60,464 nt of DNA from a virus (IMGVR_UViG_3300037014_000313:1-60464), one strand, 5' to 3'; shown: positions 27,815 to 37,735, counted from the stretch's first letter. Made by a program: numbers and translations. The notes: generated from the sequence alone by a model not told the origin.

Positions 27815-29259
27815 CAGGCGAACTTCACTTCCAAGATCAAGACCTGGGGGTCTTTGGATCTCTGGATCCTTCGCGGCTCCTGGAACGGCTTCCATTCTTC
27901 CACCTTGTAGCAGTAGAGCTTTTTGTTGGTGTCGTCGAAGTTGACCGAGACCTGGTGCTCTGACTTTCTGCGCTCGAACTCGATCGGGGTGATCGTCTCA
28001 GGCTGCGACAAGACAATCTCCCCGAGAGCCATGGCGCCTTCAATGAGAAGCATGGTTCTCCCGGAGATGTCCATCTGCGACGTCTTCACGATCGCCTTCT
28101 TCTTGCCGTCGGCAATCATCTTCCCGTAGGGGGCTTTTAGGACGAGCCCGTTGATGACGTCGGGCTGCCCGTCTTCGTCCGAATACCACATCAGCAATTC
28201 AGAGAATTTGTTCTTGGGGTCGATCGGGAAGTTCGCGGCTAGGATCTCCGTCCTCTTCTTCCCACTCGTGCGGTGCTCGAATGATCCTGACTGGATCGGC
28301 GTCCTGACAAACTTGATCTCGAGCTTGCTCAGGCGCTCCCTGTTGCCGGGCGTGTCGTCATACGACACCATGACTTTGCCCTTGGTGCTCGAAGCCATCT
28401 GCGCGAACTTCTTGTGATCGAATCCCGTTTCTTCCAGGATGAGGGAGGGGTCGAGATCGCGCTCATACGGGGGGTCCATGTAAAAGAACGTGGACGGCGA
28501 ATCGTACTTCTTGATGACGTCCACGAAGTCCATATTCTCAACGATCACGTTGCGAAGACGCTCCACGTACTGGGGAAGCTTTCTCTCGAGCCAGCTCTTG
28601 CAGTTTTCGATCGTCTTGTCCGGCTTGAATCCGAATCGAAGCCCGGTGTTTCCCCGCGAGAACCTCTTCAGGTAGAAAAACCGGTAGAACCGCTTGGCCG
28701 GCGACAGCCTGGCGGGGTCGAGCGCCTTGACCTTCATGAAGTATTCTTTGTTGTTGTCCCATGGCATAGACAGGATTTCTTTCGCGTCTTTCCCGGTTGC
28801 GGTCTTAAGGAATGCGTACCCAGCCGCGATGTCAGGGTTCTTGTCGTTAAGCACCTCGCGCTTCGATGGCGTGGGCCTGTAGAAAAAGACTGCGGCGCCG
28901 CCGGCAAAAACCTCGACGTAGGTTTCGTGAACGGGGATCAGGGGAACAATGACGGGCGCAAGCCATCTCTTGCCGCCAGGAGAACCCCATGCGCCGGACC
29001 TCACACCACCTTCTGCGAAGATATCCGCCTCGAGGCCCAGTTCGTCCTCCATGTACTCGGACAGCATGGACATCTTTTTCATCCTGTCCATGAACTCGGC
29101 GTAGGTTTCCAAGCCTGGGACCCCCATCTCCTTCTTCATGCCGAGGACGCACTGCTCGAATTTGGCGTCACCCCAGCCGTGCTTCTTCTGCATGGCGCGG
29201 CACACGGCCCAGGGATTGACGCCAGATTCCTTGATCTTTTCCTTCTCTGAGTCGGTCAC
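27814..29259 (-). CDS. Dam-family N6-adenine DNA methyltransferase fused to a small N-terminal domain and an ASCH-like C-terminal domain
   Basis: GGKRWLA, YVEVFAGGAAVF, EVLND, FYMDPPY; C-terminal GLVLKAPYGKMIADGKKKAIVK. Confidence 0.85.
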   Translation of the reverse strand: MTDSEKEKIKESGVNPWAVCRAMQKKHGWGDAKFEQCVLGMKKEMGVPGLETYAEFMDRMKKMSMLSEYMEDELGLEADIFAEGGVRSGAWGSPGGKRWLAPVIVPLIPVHETYVEVFAGGAAVFFYRPTPSKREVLNDKNPDIAAGYAFLKTATGKDAKEILSMPWDNNKEYFMKVKALDPARLSPAKRFYRFFYLKRFSRGNTGLRFGFKPDKTIENCKSWLERKLPQYVERLRNVIVENMDFVDVIKKYDSPSTFFYMDPPYERDLDPSLILEETGFDHKKFAQMASSTKGKVMVSYDDTPGNRERLSKLEIKFVRTPIQSGSFEHRTSGKKRTEILAANFPIDPKNKFSELLMWYSDEDGQPDVINGLVLKAPYGKMIADGKKKAIVKTSQMDISGRTMLLIEGAMALGEIVLSQPETITPIEFERRKSEHQVSVNFDDTNKKLYCYKVEEWKPFQEPRRIQRSKDPQVLILEVKFA

Positions 29260-31028
29260 TTCACCACCTCCTTACAAGCAGTCACCTTCAGGAACAGCCT
29301 CAATGCCTCGGAGTGGCTCATCCACTTTCCGTGCTTGACCCTGTACTGTCGCTCGAGTCCTGCAAGGTCGAAGCCAACGGGCTCGGCCTCGCTGAATCTT
29401 TTCATGCCATGTTTGCTGTCGTGCATCCTGAACAGCCAGGCGTACATCTCCTTCAGCTTTCCGATCTTCTGCGGCTCATCTGGAAGCATGGACTTCCGCA
29501 TCTCCGAGAAGTTCTCGGGGACATCCTCGTCCTCGTCTTTGTCGTCATCTCCAGGAACAGCGTCTTCCTCGATGGCGGGCGCGGCATCCTGTGGCGGCTG
29601 CTGTTCCGGCTGTGGCTGCAGATTGTTGGGGTCGACGCTGGCATTGGGATCCGCGGCAGCATTGGGATCCGCGGCAGCATTGGGATCGCCACCGGGAATG
29701 CCGAGCTCCGGCTCATCGGGGCCGACCTCGAGCGTGGCCGATGATTCGGACGGAGTGGGGCGCCCGTACTTCCTGTAGAAGTATGCGGGGTCAAGCTTGA
29801 GGTTGAGATCCTTGACCAAGCTCTTGTCGAGATCGAGCTCGACGATGAGGTCTTCGGCCCGTGACGTCTCGAACTTGAACTTCGGGTACTCCTCGACGTT
29901 GTAGTTGAGATCGACGATGCGCCTGATGTACTGGCGGTTCATGACGTCTTCGATGACGCCGGCCAGGTACTCGACGAACATCTTCGACACCTTGAAGTGG
30001 ACTTCGCCCTGGGCCCGGGCTCCGGTGCGCTTGCCTTCCTCGGCCCAGAGGAAGCTGCCCATGATGCCGATTAGGATCTCCTTGTTGAGATCGGCGATCG
30101 CGCGTTCGTACTCCGTGGTCCTGCCCTCCTGGGCGACCTTGAGGATCTCGATCTTCAAGTCCTCGGGAATGGTGATGACGGTTTCGTTCTGGATGGACTC
30201 CAGAACCTCCTCGAGCTTCTGCCGGCGCTGCTCCGTCGTGCCAGTGGGGAAGGTGCCGACGATGGGCGGCATCCCCCACTTCTCCATGAAGATGGCCCTG
30301 AACTTCCACGCCCAGTCCTTGATGAAGAAGGCGCGGTAGGCGGAGCGGAGATCGGACTGGCCGTAGGGATTGCCATAGAGCGGCTGGAACGCGCTGATGA
30401 TGAACTTGTCTGGATTGAACTCCGTCTGCCCCATGGAATTCTCTTGGATGCCTTCGCCGGCGATCTCGTAGCCGCCGATGCGCTGGACGATGGAGACAAT
30501 GTTGCCGTAGTCGTCGATCCTGAACGTGAAGACGTAGGGGTCCTTCGACTTCACGGACTTGACGCCGAGCTTGCCATCGAAGGCGCCTGAGTCGACGACG
30601 CGGAAGTTCATCTCGCCGATGGAGTACCCGACATCGACGCAGTTCATGATCCCCCAGAGCATGGTGTAGACCGACGTCTCCATGTTCTCGAGGTTGTACT
30701 CGACGAACTTGGCGATGTTCTGATCTTCCTCGGAATCCGATGCCGGCAGGATCTGGATGGGAAGCCGGGCCACGGAGAACTTCTTCAGGTTGATCGCGGC
30801 CTTGACGTATGGATCGCGAATCATGTCCTGGTAGATCTTGACGCCCTGCCCCTTGGAGAGAACGAGATCGTCGGGGTTGTAGTCACTAAGGCCGCCGAGC
30901 ATGGCCAGAGCCGATCGCGTCCACTCCTTCATCAGCATCTGCGCGGACTGCATGCGCGTCGTGCCGGAGTTCGATGGATCTGCGTACTCGGTGTGTTTTA
31001 TCCTGCCGGGTTTCTTCTTCTTCACCAC
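29256..31028 (-). CDS. Portal protein (DUF935 / Mu gp29-like)
   Basis: VGYSIGE, NPYGQSDLRSAY, FMEKWGMP, GARAQGEVH; follows TerL. Confidence 0.87.
   Translation of the reverse strand: MVKKKKPGRIKHTEYADPSNSGTTRMQSAQMLMKEWTRSALAMLGGLSDYNPDDLVLSKGQGVKIYQDMIRDPYVKAAINLKKFSVARLPIQILPASDSEEDQNIAKFVEYNLENMETSVYTMLWGIMNCVDVGYSIGEMNFRVVDSGAFDGKLGVKSVKSKDPYVFTFRIDDYGNIVSIVQRIGGYEIAGEGIQENSMGQTEFNPDKFIISAFQPLYGNPYGQSDLRSAYRAFFIKDWAWKFRAIFMEKWGMPPIVGTFPTGTTEQRRQKLEEVLESIQNETVITIPEDLKIEILKVAQEGRTTEYERAIADLNKEILIGIMGSFLWAEEGKRTGARAQGEVHFKVSKMFVEYLAGVIEDVMNRQYIRRIVDLNYNVEEYPKFKFETSRAEDLIVELDLDKSLVKDLNLKLDPAYFYRKYGRPTPSESSATLEVGPDEPELGIPGGDPNAAADPNAAADPNASVDPNNLQPQPEQQPPQDAAPAIEEDAVPGDDDKDEDEDVPENFSEMRKSMLPDEPQKIGKLKEMYAWLFRMHDSKHGMKRFSEAEPVGFDLAGLERQYRVKHGKWMSHSEALRLFLKVTACKEVVK
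29638..29688 (-). repeat. 18-bp tandem repeat in the portal C-terminus (DPNAAA, about 3 copies)
   Basis: GCATTGGGATCCGCGGCA repeated. Confidence 0.8.
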
Positions 31029-32548
31029 TTTGATCCTCCAAATCCGACGCGCCGGCGCGATCCCGAGCCGACGGCATCACCTGTTTCCCTGGCCCTTGGA
31101 TTGTCGGTGGCGACTACGCCCGGGGTGAACACGCGCGCCCCCGTGGACCTGAACTGCCCGGGATCGAACGGCCGACCCATCTTCTCGATACCACGAAGGG
31201 CTGCTTGCGTCAAGGCGTCAACCATGTCGTCATGGGATCCCTTGGGAAAGCCGAGGAGCTCGTTGATGACTTTCTCGCACGTCCCATCCTGGAACGTGAT
31301 GAATCCACGTTCGTAGAACACGGCCGTCTGCTTGACCCGCTGCTCCTTCCCGACTGATGGAACGACCTTCCTGATGGGGAGCGTCATGATCCTTTCGTCG
31401 CGGCCCATGATGACCTGGAATCCCGTGGACTCGATGAGGATTTCGTCCGGTGTCCAGGTCGCGAAGTCCGAGATCAAAAGCTCGATCATCTCGTTGTACG
31501 TCATCCCGCGCCAGCGATCGACGCGAAGAACACGCATCGTGTTTTCGTTGGTGTTGACGTCCATGAGCGCGCGCGCGGTCCAGTCGCCTTCGCCTCCGCT
31601 GGCGGCGAAGTCCCACGACGACAGCCGAAGCTGCCCGCGCGGGGGAGGGGTGACAAACTTCCGAATCCACGCCTCCTGGACGATGCGCTCCCTGTCGGGA
31701 TGCAGGATGTTCCGCATCGAGCGGTCGAATTCGATCGACCCCATTTCGGCCTGACGCGACAGCAGCGCCGACGTCGACCACTTCTCGGGCCAGTGCGAAA
31801 CCGGGGGATCTCCCGTCACGGAAAGGCCGATCCAGTTCCACTCCTTGTTCTTCATGAGTTCGTGCGTGAGATCGTCCTCATGGTGGAGCGTGGCGAGGTA
31901 GGCCGCCCGGCCCTGCGGACCCAGGAGCGGGATCCACACGTTCTGAAACGTCTCCTTCACCTGTTTGCGCTGGGTGGGGTACTTGATCGCGTTCATGAAG
32001 TCGACGACGTCGTCGAAGAGGATCTCGTCAGCGCGGCCGCCGGTGCCGGAGGTCAGGATCCCACAGGCCTCGACGGATGAATCCTTGGAGAAGACGTTGC
32101 GCTTGATCGTCAACGACTTCTTCCCCCAGTCGTCGATCCACGGCGACTTCACCAGATTCGGAAACACGATCTTCAGGTACTTGTTCCTGGAGATGAGATC
32201 GCGAATCAGCATCACGCGGTCGACGGCGAGTTCGTCGCTGGCGCACAGGAGCTTGATGAGCATGTCGGGATGGTTGCCTAGGCGGTGGAGAAGACGGGCC
32301 ACGGCCTGGGAGGTCTTCCCGAGCTCCTTCTGCGCGAGGATGCCGGCGCGCTTGTGCGTGTCCATGTGCGCTTGCATCTTCTTGTGGCATTCCGCCTGTT
32401 TGAAGCGGAACACGAACTCGATGAAGACGTTGATGTCCTGGCGGGCGACTACGGCGATCTTCTTGTAGAGGGCGTGCGCGGCGACGGCAAGCTGCTTCTT
32501 CTTCTTGATCTTGGCGTCTTCTTCGGTCCAGCCGGTGGGGTCGGCCAT
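31022..32548 (-). CDS. terL: Terminase large subunit
   Basis: AQKELGKT Walker A-like, GGRADEILFDD Walker B, SWDFA and HDDMVDALTQ nuclease motifs. Confidence 0.92.
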   Translation of the reverse strand: MADPTGWTEEDAKIKKKKQLAVAAHALYKKIAVVARQDINVFIEFVFRFKQAECHKKMQAHMDTHKRAGILAQKELGKTSQAVARLLHRLGNHPDMLIKLLCASDELAVDRVMLIRDLISRNKYLKIVFPNLVKSPWIDDWGKKSLTIKRNVFSKDSSVEACGILTSGTGGRADEILFDDVVDFMNAIKYPTQRKQVKETFQNVWIPLLGPQGRAAYLATLHHEDDLTHELMKNKEWNWIGLSVTGDPPVSHWPEKWSTSALLSRQAEMGSIEFDRSMRNILHPDRERIVQEAWIRKFVTPPPRGQLRLSSWDFAASGGEGDWTARALMDVNTNENTMRVLRVDRWRGMTYNEMIELLISDFATWTPDEILIESTGFQVIMGRDERIMTLPIRKVVPSVGKEQRVKQTAVFYERGFITFQDGTCEKVINELLGFPKGSHDDMVDALTQAALRGIEKMGRPFDPGQFRSTGARVFTPGVVATDNPRARETGDAVGSGSRRRVGFGGSKW

Positions 32549-32585
32549 GCGCCACGCTCCTTCTACGAAGACCGGCAGAACCGGC

Positions 32586-33011
32586 CTATATCGTGAGTCC
32601 GGGCTTTGTCAACGCGAATCCAAAGACGATCCTGTAAACGGGCTCGGTGGTTCCGCTCGGGGTGAAGACGAACTCGGAGTAGCCGTAGTCGACGGCGAAG
32701 TTGACGGATGCCTTCGCGACCTCGAAGCGCATCTTGCCGTTCACGGCGTCGGTGATGACGCCGGCGACATCCCACTTCTTGGCGGCGTCGGCGTCATCGA
32801 CGTCGGCTTTCGCAATCCAGCGGCCGGCCCATCCGGTGATGTTGATCGGGAGATAGGTCGGCGGGATCGTGGGCTGAAGCTTCTCGAGCGTGACGTCGAT
32901 GACAAGGCGCTCGTTGGAGACGAACCTGTTGCCGAACGCGCTAAGGCCGGCTGATGGACGATTGCGTTCGTCGAATCGAATCGCGAAGTCAAGATTTGAG
33001 GGGATGGGCAT
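32586..33011 (-). CDS. Putative structural adaptor (BppU N-terminal-like)
   Basis: PINITGW...ITDAVNGK pattern. Confidence 0.5.
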   Translation of the reverse strand: MPIPSNLDFAIRFDERNRPSAGLSAFGNRFVSNERLVIDVTLEKLQPTIPPTYLPINITGWAGRWIAKADVDDADAAKKWDVAGVITDAVNGKMRFEVAKASVNFAVDYGYSEFVFTPSGTTEPVYRIVFGFALTKPGLTI

Positions 33012-33287
33012 CTATAGCCACTCCCTGCGCTTGATCCCGCTTTCGAAGATGCGGGCCTTGAGTCCGCTCACGAACGGGCGCTTCCGGATCGCCGTCGTGG
33101 GATAGATCTCCACTTCGATTCCCATGAGGACGGGAGAGGGACGCGGAGCCGGATAGACATCCACTTCTACGCCTTGAAGGGACGGAGTCACGGCGAAGGT
33201 TTCGATCCCGATCCCTCTCAGGATCGGAGTCGATGGATACGTCTCGATCCCGATTCCCTTGAGCGTTGGAGTATTTGCGGCCGGCAT
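33012..33287 (-). CDS. Small repeat protein
   Basis: About five P-x-L-x-G-[IV]-x-[IV]-[ED] repeats. Confidence 0.65.
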   Translation of the reverse strand: MPAANTPTLKGIGIETYPSTPILRGIGIETFAVTPSLQGVEVDVYPAPRPSPVLMGIEVEIYPTTAIRKRPFVSGLKARIFESGIKRREWL

Positions 33288-33288
33288 C

Positions 33289-34551
33289 TTAGGCGTCGTT
33301 TCTCAAGGTGACACGGATCTTCATCTTCTGCACGGGATAGAGATTGAGATCGTCGAACAGGTTGACGTCCTGGTAGCCGAGATATCCTGAGCCATCGGGA
33401 TCGACGTTGACCTCGTACTCCCACGTCTCCGGAAGGGTGTCGCTCTTGTCCTTGTCGAGAATGCCCGCAGGGCCACCTCCGGCGCCACCACCCAGGTTGG
33501 CGTAGTCGTGGATGGCCAGGAGCTTCCGAATCCTCTGCGGCGTCACCAAATCGAGCTCGAACTCGACCGAGCCTTCCGTGTAGCCGGTGGCCAGGACCCA
33601 GTCGCCGTTGACATCCTGCTCGACGCTGGATGCGGGGCTGACGACACCAGCGTCCCAGATGGCGCCGTTGTAGTTTTCGCTGCAGCCTTCCCCGAATTTC
33701 GAGTAGGCCCCGAGGATCTGGCCCGAGATGGAGGCCGGAGTCGTCTTCTTCGTCATGTAGACGCGCCTGGCCTGATCCAGGAACTGAGGATCCGCGGAAA
33801 CTGAATCCAAGTCCATTCCAGGAACCGCGGCCTGCCACGCCGAGAGCGACGTCTTGTCCACTGCGGACTTGGCGCACTTGCCGGCACCGAAGTCGATGTC
33901 GTTCGTCCCGGAGGCGGAGTATCCGTAGGAATAGAGATGGTAGGTGTTGTCGTGGAAGATGCAACGCCTGACGAGGTGTGTTGAGTTGGCGCCTCCACCC
34001 CTCATCCCATAGAGATTGTCAGAGAACGTGCAGTTGTAGGCGTAGGCGGTTTCTCCATACGTCCCGCCACCATTGTAGGCGCCAGCCTGGGTGAGGTGGT
34101 GGAACAGACAATTGGTAACGACGATGTAGATGTACCCGTTCGTGTTCGAGAAAATCCCGTATGGCATGTCCTCGAAGATGCAGTTGTTGAATATGCCTCT
34201 CTGGGAGCTTGAATTTCCGGCAGAGGGCATCAGGAATCCTGCGTTCGTGTAATTCCTGAAACGGAATCCGTTGAACGTCAGGATTCCGGCAGAATTTCCG
34301 GTGGTGCCGGCCGTGATCGCGTTCGCGAGCGTGCTGTTGCCGTCCATGATCGCGAAGCCGACCGCGGTGAACGTCAGTGACTTGCTCTCGATCGGGACGT
34401 TCACGGCCTCGTTGAACACGCCCGTGCAGAAGAGAACGTCGGTGCCAGCTGCCGAGGACACCAGTGCCGCGAGGGTCTTCTTGGCGTTGGCCCAGGACAA
34501 GCCATCGTTGGCGTCGTTCCCGTTCCTGGCATCCACGTAACGATTGGTCAT
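33289..34551 (-). CDS. Right-handed beta-helix (pectin-lyase-like) protein, paralog 2
   Basis: YVDARNGNDANDGLSWANAKKTL; NCIF/NCLF/NCTF rungs; DPQF. Confidence 0.75.
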   Translation of the reverse strand: MTNRYVDARNGNDANDGLSWANAKKTLAALVSSAAGTDVLFCTGVFNEAVNVPIESKSLTFTAVGFAIMDGNSTLANAITAGTTGNSAGILTFNGFRFRNYTNAGFLMPSAGNSSSQRGIFNNCIFEDMPYGIFSNTNGYIYIVVTNCLFHHLTQAGAYNGGGTYGETAYAYNCTFSDNLYGMRGGGANSTHLVRRCIFHDNTYHLYSYGYSASGTNDIDFGAGKCAKSAVDKTSLSAWQAAVPGMDLDSVSADPQFLDQARRVYMTKKTTPASISGQILGAYSKFGEGCSENYNGAIWDAGVVSPASSVEQDVNGDWVLATGYTEGSVEFELDLVTPQRIRKLLAIHDYANLGGGAGGGPAGILDKDKSDTLPETWEYEVNVDPDGSGYLGYQDVNLFDDLNLYPVQKMKIRVTLRNDA

Positions 34552-34563
34552 CGAATCCTCGCT

Positions 34564-35844
34564 TTACATGTCACGCCGGAGAGTCGCCTCGACCTTGATG
34601 GCCCAGATGCCAGTGAGGTTGAGATCCTCGTTGATGTTCTTCGCCGTGAACGCGCCGAACGCGATCCCATCCACGGACGTCGCGATTCTGTACTCCCACG
34701 TCTCGTATCCGAGAGGGATCGTCTTGTCGTAGTCCAGGACGGACGTGGGCCCGCCTCCGGTCCCAACCATAAGGCCGCCGAAGGTATGCGACAGATTCAG
34801 CTTCCGGATGTTGAAGAGACCGCCGAAGTCGATCTTGAACGTGATGGCTCCGACGTCGTATCCATCGGCGAGAACCCAGTCCCCGTTCGAGTTCTGGATG
34901 ACGCTTCCCACGGGACTCACGGAATCCGGGGTGTCCCAGACGGTGGCGTTGAAGTTGTCGCTGCAGCCGTCAGCCAATAGGAGGTTGTATGCCCCGAGAA
35001 TCCTGGCGTCGATCACCGCCGGAGACGTATTCTTCAGACGATGAAGATTCTTGGCCTCGTCCAAGAACAACGGATCCACCGAGATTGAATTCTGGTCATA
35101 TATGGCGATTGCCGCTTTCCACGCAGACAGGCTTGTGTACGCGCCCCCAAAGTAGAGCGTGTTCGACCCCGTGAAATCGTAGCAGTTGAAATCGAACGGC
35201 CCGGCCCAGTACCCGGCAGTGACTGCATAGATCATATAGCCGGGGATGTTGTGGAAGATGGACCTTAAGACTGCTACGGAGGTGCCAGTGGCGGGCCAAT
35301 GCCTGATTCCGTTGCCGCAATTCACAAACGTGCACTGACTGACGCGGTAAGTGATCTGGCATCCTGATCCTTCCACGTAGACTGCCCAAAGACGGCACCC
35401 CCTCATGATCGTATTTGTCAGCGTAAGGGGTACAATGGGACCGCTACTGGCTGGCATGTACATTCCATAAGGAATACCCTCGACAATACAGTTTTCGAGG
35501 GTAACACCACCGCCATTTCCAACGAGGTAGAAGCCGATGGAATAGAAATTTCTAAACGTAAAGCCTACGAACTTCAGCGTTCCCGCTCCTACGCCTGTCA
35601 GCGTAACACCAGTGGGCAAATCGAGCTGGCCATCCAATATGGCAAAGCCTACAGCCTGGAAGGTTATTGATCCTTTTGTGTTCCACGGATAGAAAACAGC
35701 TTCATGGAAGACGCCAACGCAATAGATGGTATCTCCCGTAGAGGCGGCAGTAACAGAGGAGCCCAGCGTCTTCTTGGCGGTCGCCCAACTCAACCCATCG
35801 TTTGAGTCGTTACCGTTTCTGGCGTCGGCGTAGCGATTTGCCAT
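34564..35844 (-). CDS. Right-handed beta-helix protein, paralog 1
   Basis: YADARNGNDSNDGLSWATAKKTL; NCIV/QCTF rungs; DPLF. Confidence 0.75.
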   Translation of the reverse strand: MANRYADARNGNDSNDGLSWATAKKTLGSSVTAASTGDTIYCVGVFHEAVFYPWNTKGSITFQAVGFAILDGQLDLPTGVTLTGVGAGTLKFVGFTFRNFYSIGFYLVGNGGGVTLENCIVEGIPYGMYMPASSGPIVPLTLTNTIMRGCRLWAVYVEGSGCQITYRVSQCTFVNCGNGIRHWPATGTSVAVLRSIFHNIPGYMIYAVTAGYWAGPFDFNCYDFTGSNTLYFGGAYTSLSAWKAAIAIYDQNSISVDPLFLDEAKNLHRLKNTSPAVIDARILGAYNLLLADGCSDNFNATVWDTPDSVSPVGSVIQNSNGDWVLADGYDVGAITFKIDFGGLFNIRKLNLSHTFGGLMVGTGGGPTSVLDYDKTIPLGYETWEYRIATSVDGIAFGAFTAKNINEDLNLTGIWAIKVEATLRRDM

Positions 35845-35857
35845 TTTTCATCCCACG

Positions 35858-36310
35858 TTAGACAATACTCTCCTCGATCCCAGCCACTGCTCCCCATGCC
35901 GGATCCGACGGAGGGTGGACATACATCCAATCCATTCGGTAGGTCTTCCCGACCTGAACGGTCGCGCTCGAATAATCCTGACGGATGATCCGCTTGGTAC
36001 CCGGTGCGGCGTGAGGCTCCGTGATGTCCTCGAAGGTCTCCACGCACTGCACGTCCGGCGCAGCCACGATGTCGTTCCGGACATTCTGCTGCGAAAGGAC
36101 CGCCCCGCTTCCCGTGGGAATCACGGCATGATGCGGGTTGAGGAGAACAACGCTGACGCCCGCATTCACCGTTCCGATTTCGAGGGCGGGGCCTTCCATC
36201 TGGGACTTCTGAATGAAATCCCCGGCTTGCGCTCCGGAGGTGTCATCAGACAGGACCGTCGTCGTCCCGTCCCACGTCCACGTCCCAACCAAGGGCTTGA
36301 AAAGACTCAT
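35858..36310 (-). CDS. Hypothetical structural protein
   Basis: AGGAG RBS; in the late operon. Confidence 0.65.
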   Translation of the reverse strand: MSLFKPLVGTWTWDGTTTVLSDDTSGAQAGDFIQKSQMEGPALEIGTVNAGVSVVLLNPHHAVIPTGSGAVLSQQNVRNDIVAAPDVQCVETFEDITEPHAAPGTKRIIRQDYSSATVQVGKTYRMDWMYVHPPSDPAWGAVAGIEESIV

Positions 36311-36325
36311 GGCGTCTCCTGTTCG

Positions 36326-36790
36326 TCAGCTCTTCATCGCGGCTTCCACGAGTCCGATCATGGCCGTGTTCGCGCTGAAGGGGGTTCCCACATCCGACAT
36401 CCCCCGAATCCTGAGGTAGATGACGGTGCCGGCGGTGAACGTCCCCGTCAACGCGGAGTCGAGCACGTTCAGGACCGACTTCGCCACGTTTTGGACCGCC
36501 GCGGGAAGCCCGGCCACCTGTTCGACGCCGGCGGAATCGAGGATGCCCATGAGCTGCACCCAGGACGCGGCACCGATGGTCTTGTACGTGATCTTGAACG
36601 CCGTCGTCTGGAAGTCGGAGAATCCCGCCGGGAGCTCGATGGGGACGACCATGTCGATGTGATGCTGGGGGACGGCGGTCGCGCGCGGAGTGATCTTGTT
36701 CCACACCACCTTGTCGGCGGCGTCCCATTCGCGGACGACGTCGCAGTTGTTGTTGCCGCCGTCGGCGTAGAACTCAACGGGAAGAGGCAT
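36326..36790 (-). CDS. Hypothetical structural protein
   Basis: AAGGAG RBS; beta-rich. Confidence 0.65.
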   Translation of the reverse strand: MPLPVEFYADGGNNNCDVVREWDAADKVVWNKITPRATAVPQHHIDMVVPIELPAGFSDFQTTAFKITYKTIGAASWVQLMGILDSAGVEQVAGLPAAVQNVAKSVLNVLDSALTGTFTAGTVIYLRIRGMSDVGTPFSANTAMIGLVEAAMKS

Positions 36791-36802
36791 GGATGTCTCC
36801 TT

Positions 36803-37651
36803 CTACCCTGCGAAAGTCGAAAACGTCGCCTGCACCGCGCTCTGCCAGGTGCCGTCGTCGCGAAGAAACAGGCCCGTGGGTGACGCCGAGTAGACGTCGG
36901 CGGCGACGTGGGAATGCGCGACCGGCGTGCGGGCATCGCTGAGCCTGGCGTCGTCGCCTTCGCAGACATCGCCGGCGCCGGCACCGAAGCTGGCTACGGC
37001 GATGGCGGTCAGGCCAAGCGTGGTGCGCTGCGCGGCGGCATCGAGATCGTCCAGAAGGTCGCGGCCGGCGGCGGTGCAGTCGATCTCCTCGATGATGCCC
37101 GCCAGGAGTGAGACCCGGCCGAGGATCTTGTCCGTCGCGGTGACGTTCTGGATCTTGTCGTAGGTGACGCCGTCGGCGGGGATCTCGATGACGTGGGTCA
37201 AGGCGTTGACCACGATCGTGGAGCCGTCGACCTTGGCGTCGAGGTAGCCGCTGGCGGGATCGGTGGCGTCGCTCTTGACCTTGTCGTCCACGATGGTGAT
37301 GGTCACCCAGGTGCTGTCGTCGCGCAGGAACTGGCCCGAAGGAACCGGGGCAGCGGGAACGCCGCCCCTCTTCGTCGTGGTGTGGGCCGCAAGACGATCG
37401 CCATCGAGCGTGCCGGCGGTGACGTGGCCGGCGTTGATCTCGCTCCAGCTGCCGTCGCCGCGGACATACTTCGTCCCTGTCGCGGTTCCGGTGGCGAGCT
37501 GCGCGAGGATGGCCTTGCCGGCTCCGTCAAGCTTGAGGACGCCGTTGGCCGCGCCCTTCTCCACCTGTTGGATGGGATCCAGCGGCTCCTTGTTGCCGAA
37601 CAGAAGCTGGAGATAACTCTCCAGGGAAGGGTCCGCGCGAAGATCGGTCAT
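36803..37651 (-). CDS. Fibre-like protein
   Basis: KGAANGVLKLD, three [FY][LV]R[GD]D[GS][ST]W-like repeats, AAAQRTTLGL, EGDDARLSDARTP. Confidence 0.65.
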   Translation of the reverse strand: MTDLRADPSLESYLQLLFGNKEPLDPIQQVEKGAANGVLKLDGAGKAILAQLATGTATGTKYVRGDGSWSEINAGHVTAGTLDGDRLAAHTTTKRGGVPAAPVPSGQFLRDDSTWVTITIVDDKVKSDATDPASGYLDAKVDGSTIVVNALTHVIEIPADGVTYDKIQNVTATDKILGRVSLLAGIIEEIDCTAAGRDLLDDLDAAAQRTTLGLTAIAVASFGAGAGDVCEGDDARLSDARTPVAHSHVAADVYSASPTGLFLRDDGTWQSAVQATFSTFAG

Positions 37652-37735
37652 TGGCGTGCCCTCCTACGGTCCCTTGATGCGGCTCCGATGAATAAGTAAC
37701 CCGAAATGGGGCGAAAGTCAAACGGATTCCGCAAA

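Noticed and set aside
23531-31028. Transposable Mu-like phage
   Set aside because: The head genes are Mu-like, but no DDE transposase, MuB or host-DNA ends are seen, and replication is primase-helicase based.
33289-35844. Diversity-generating retroelement acting on the beta-helix paralogs
   Set aside because: No reverse transcriptase ORF, and no near-identical TR/VR pair differing only at adenines was seen.
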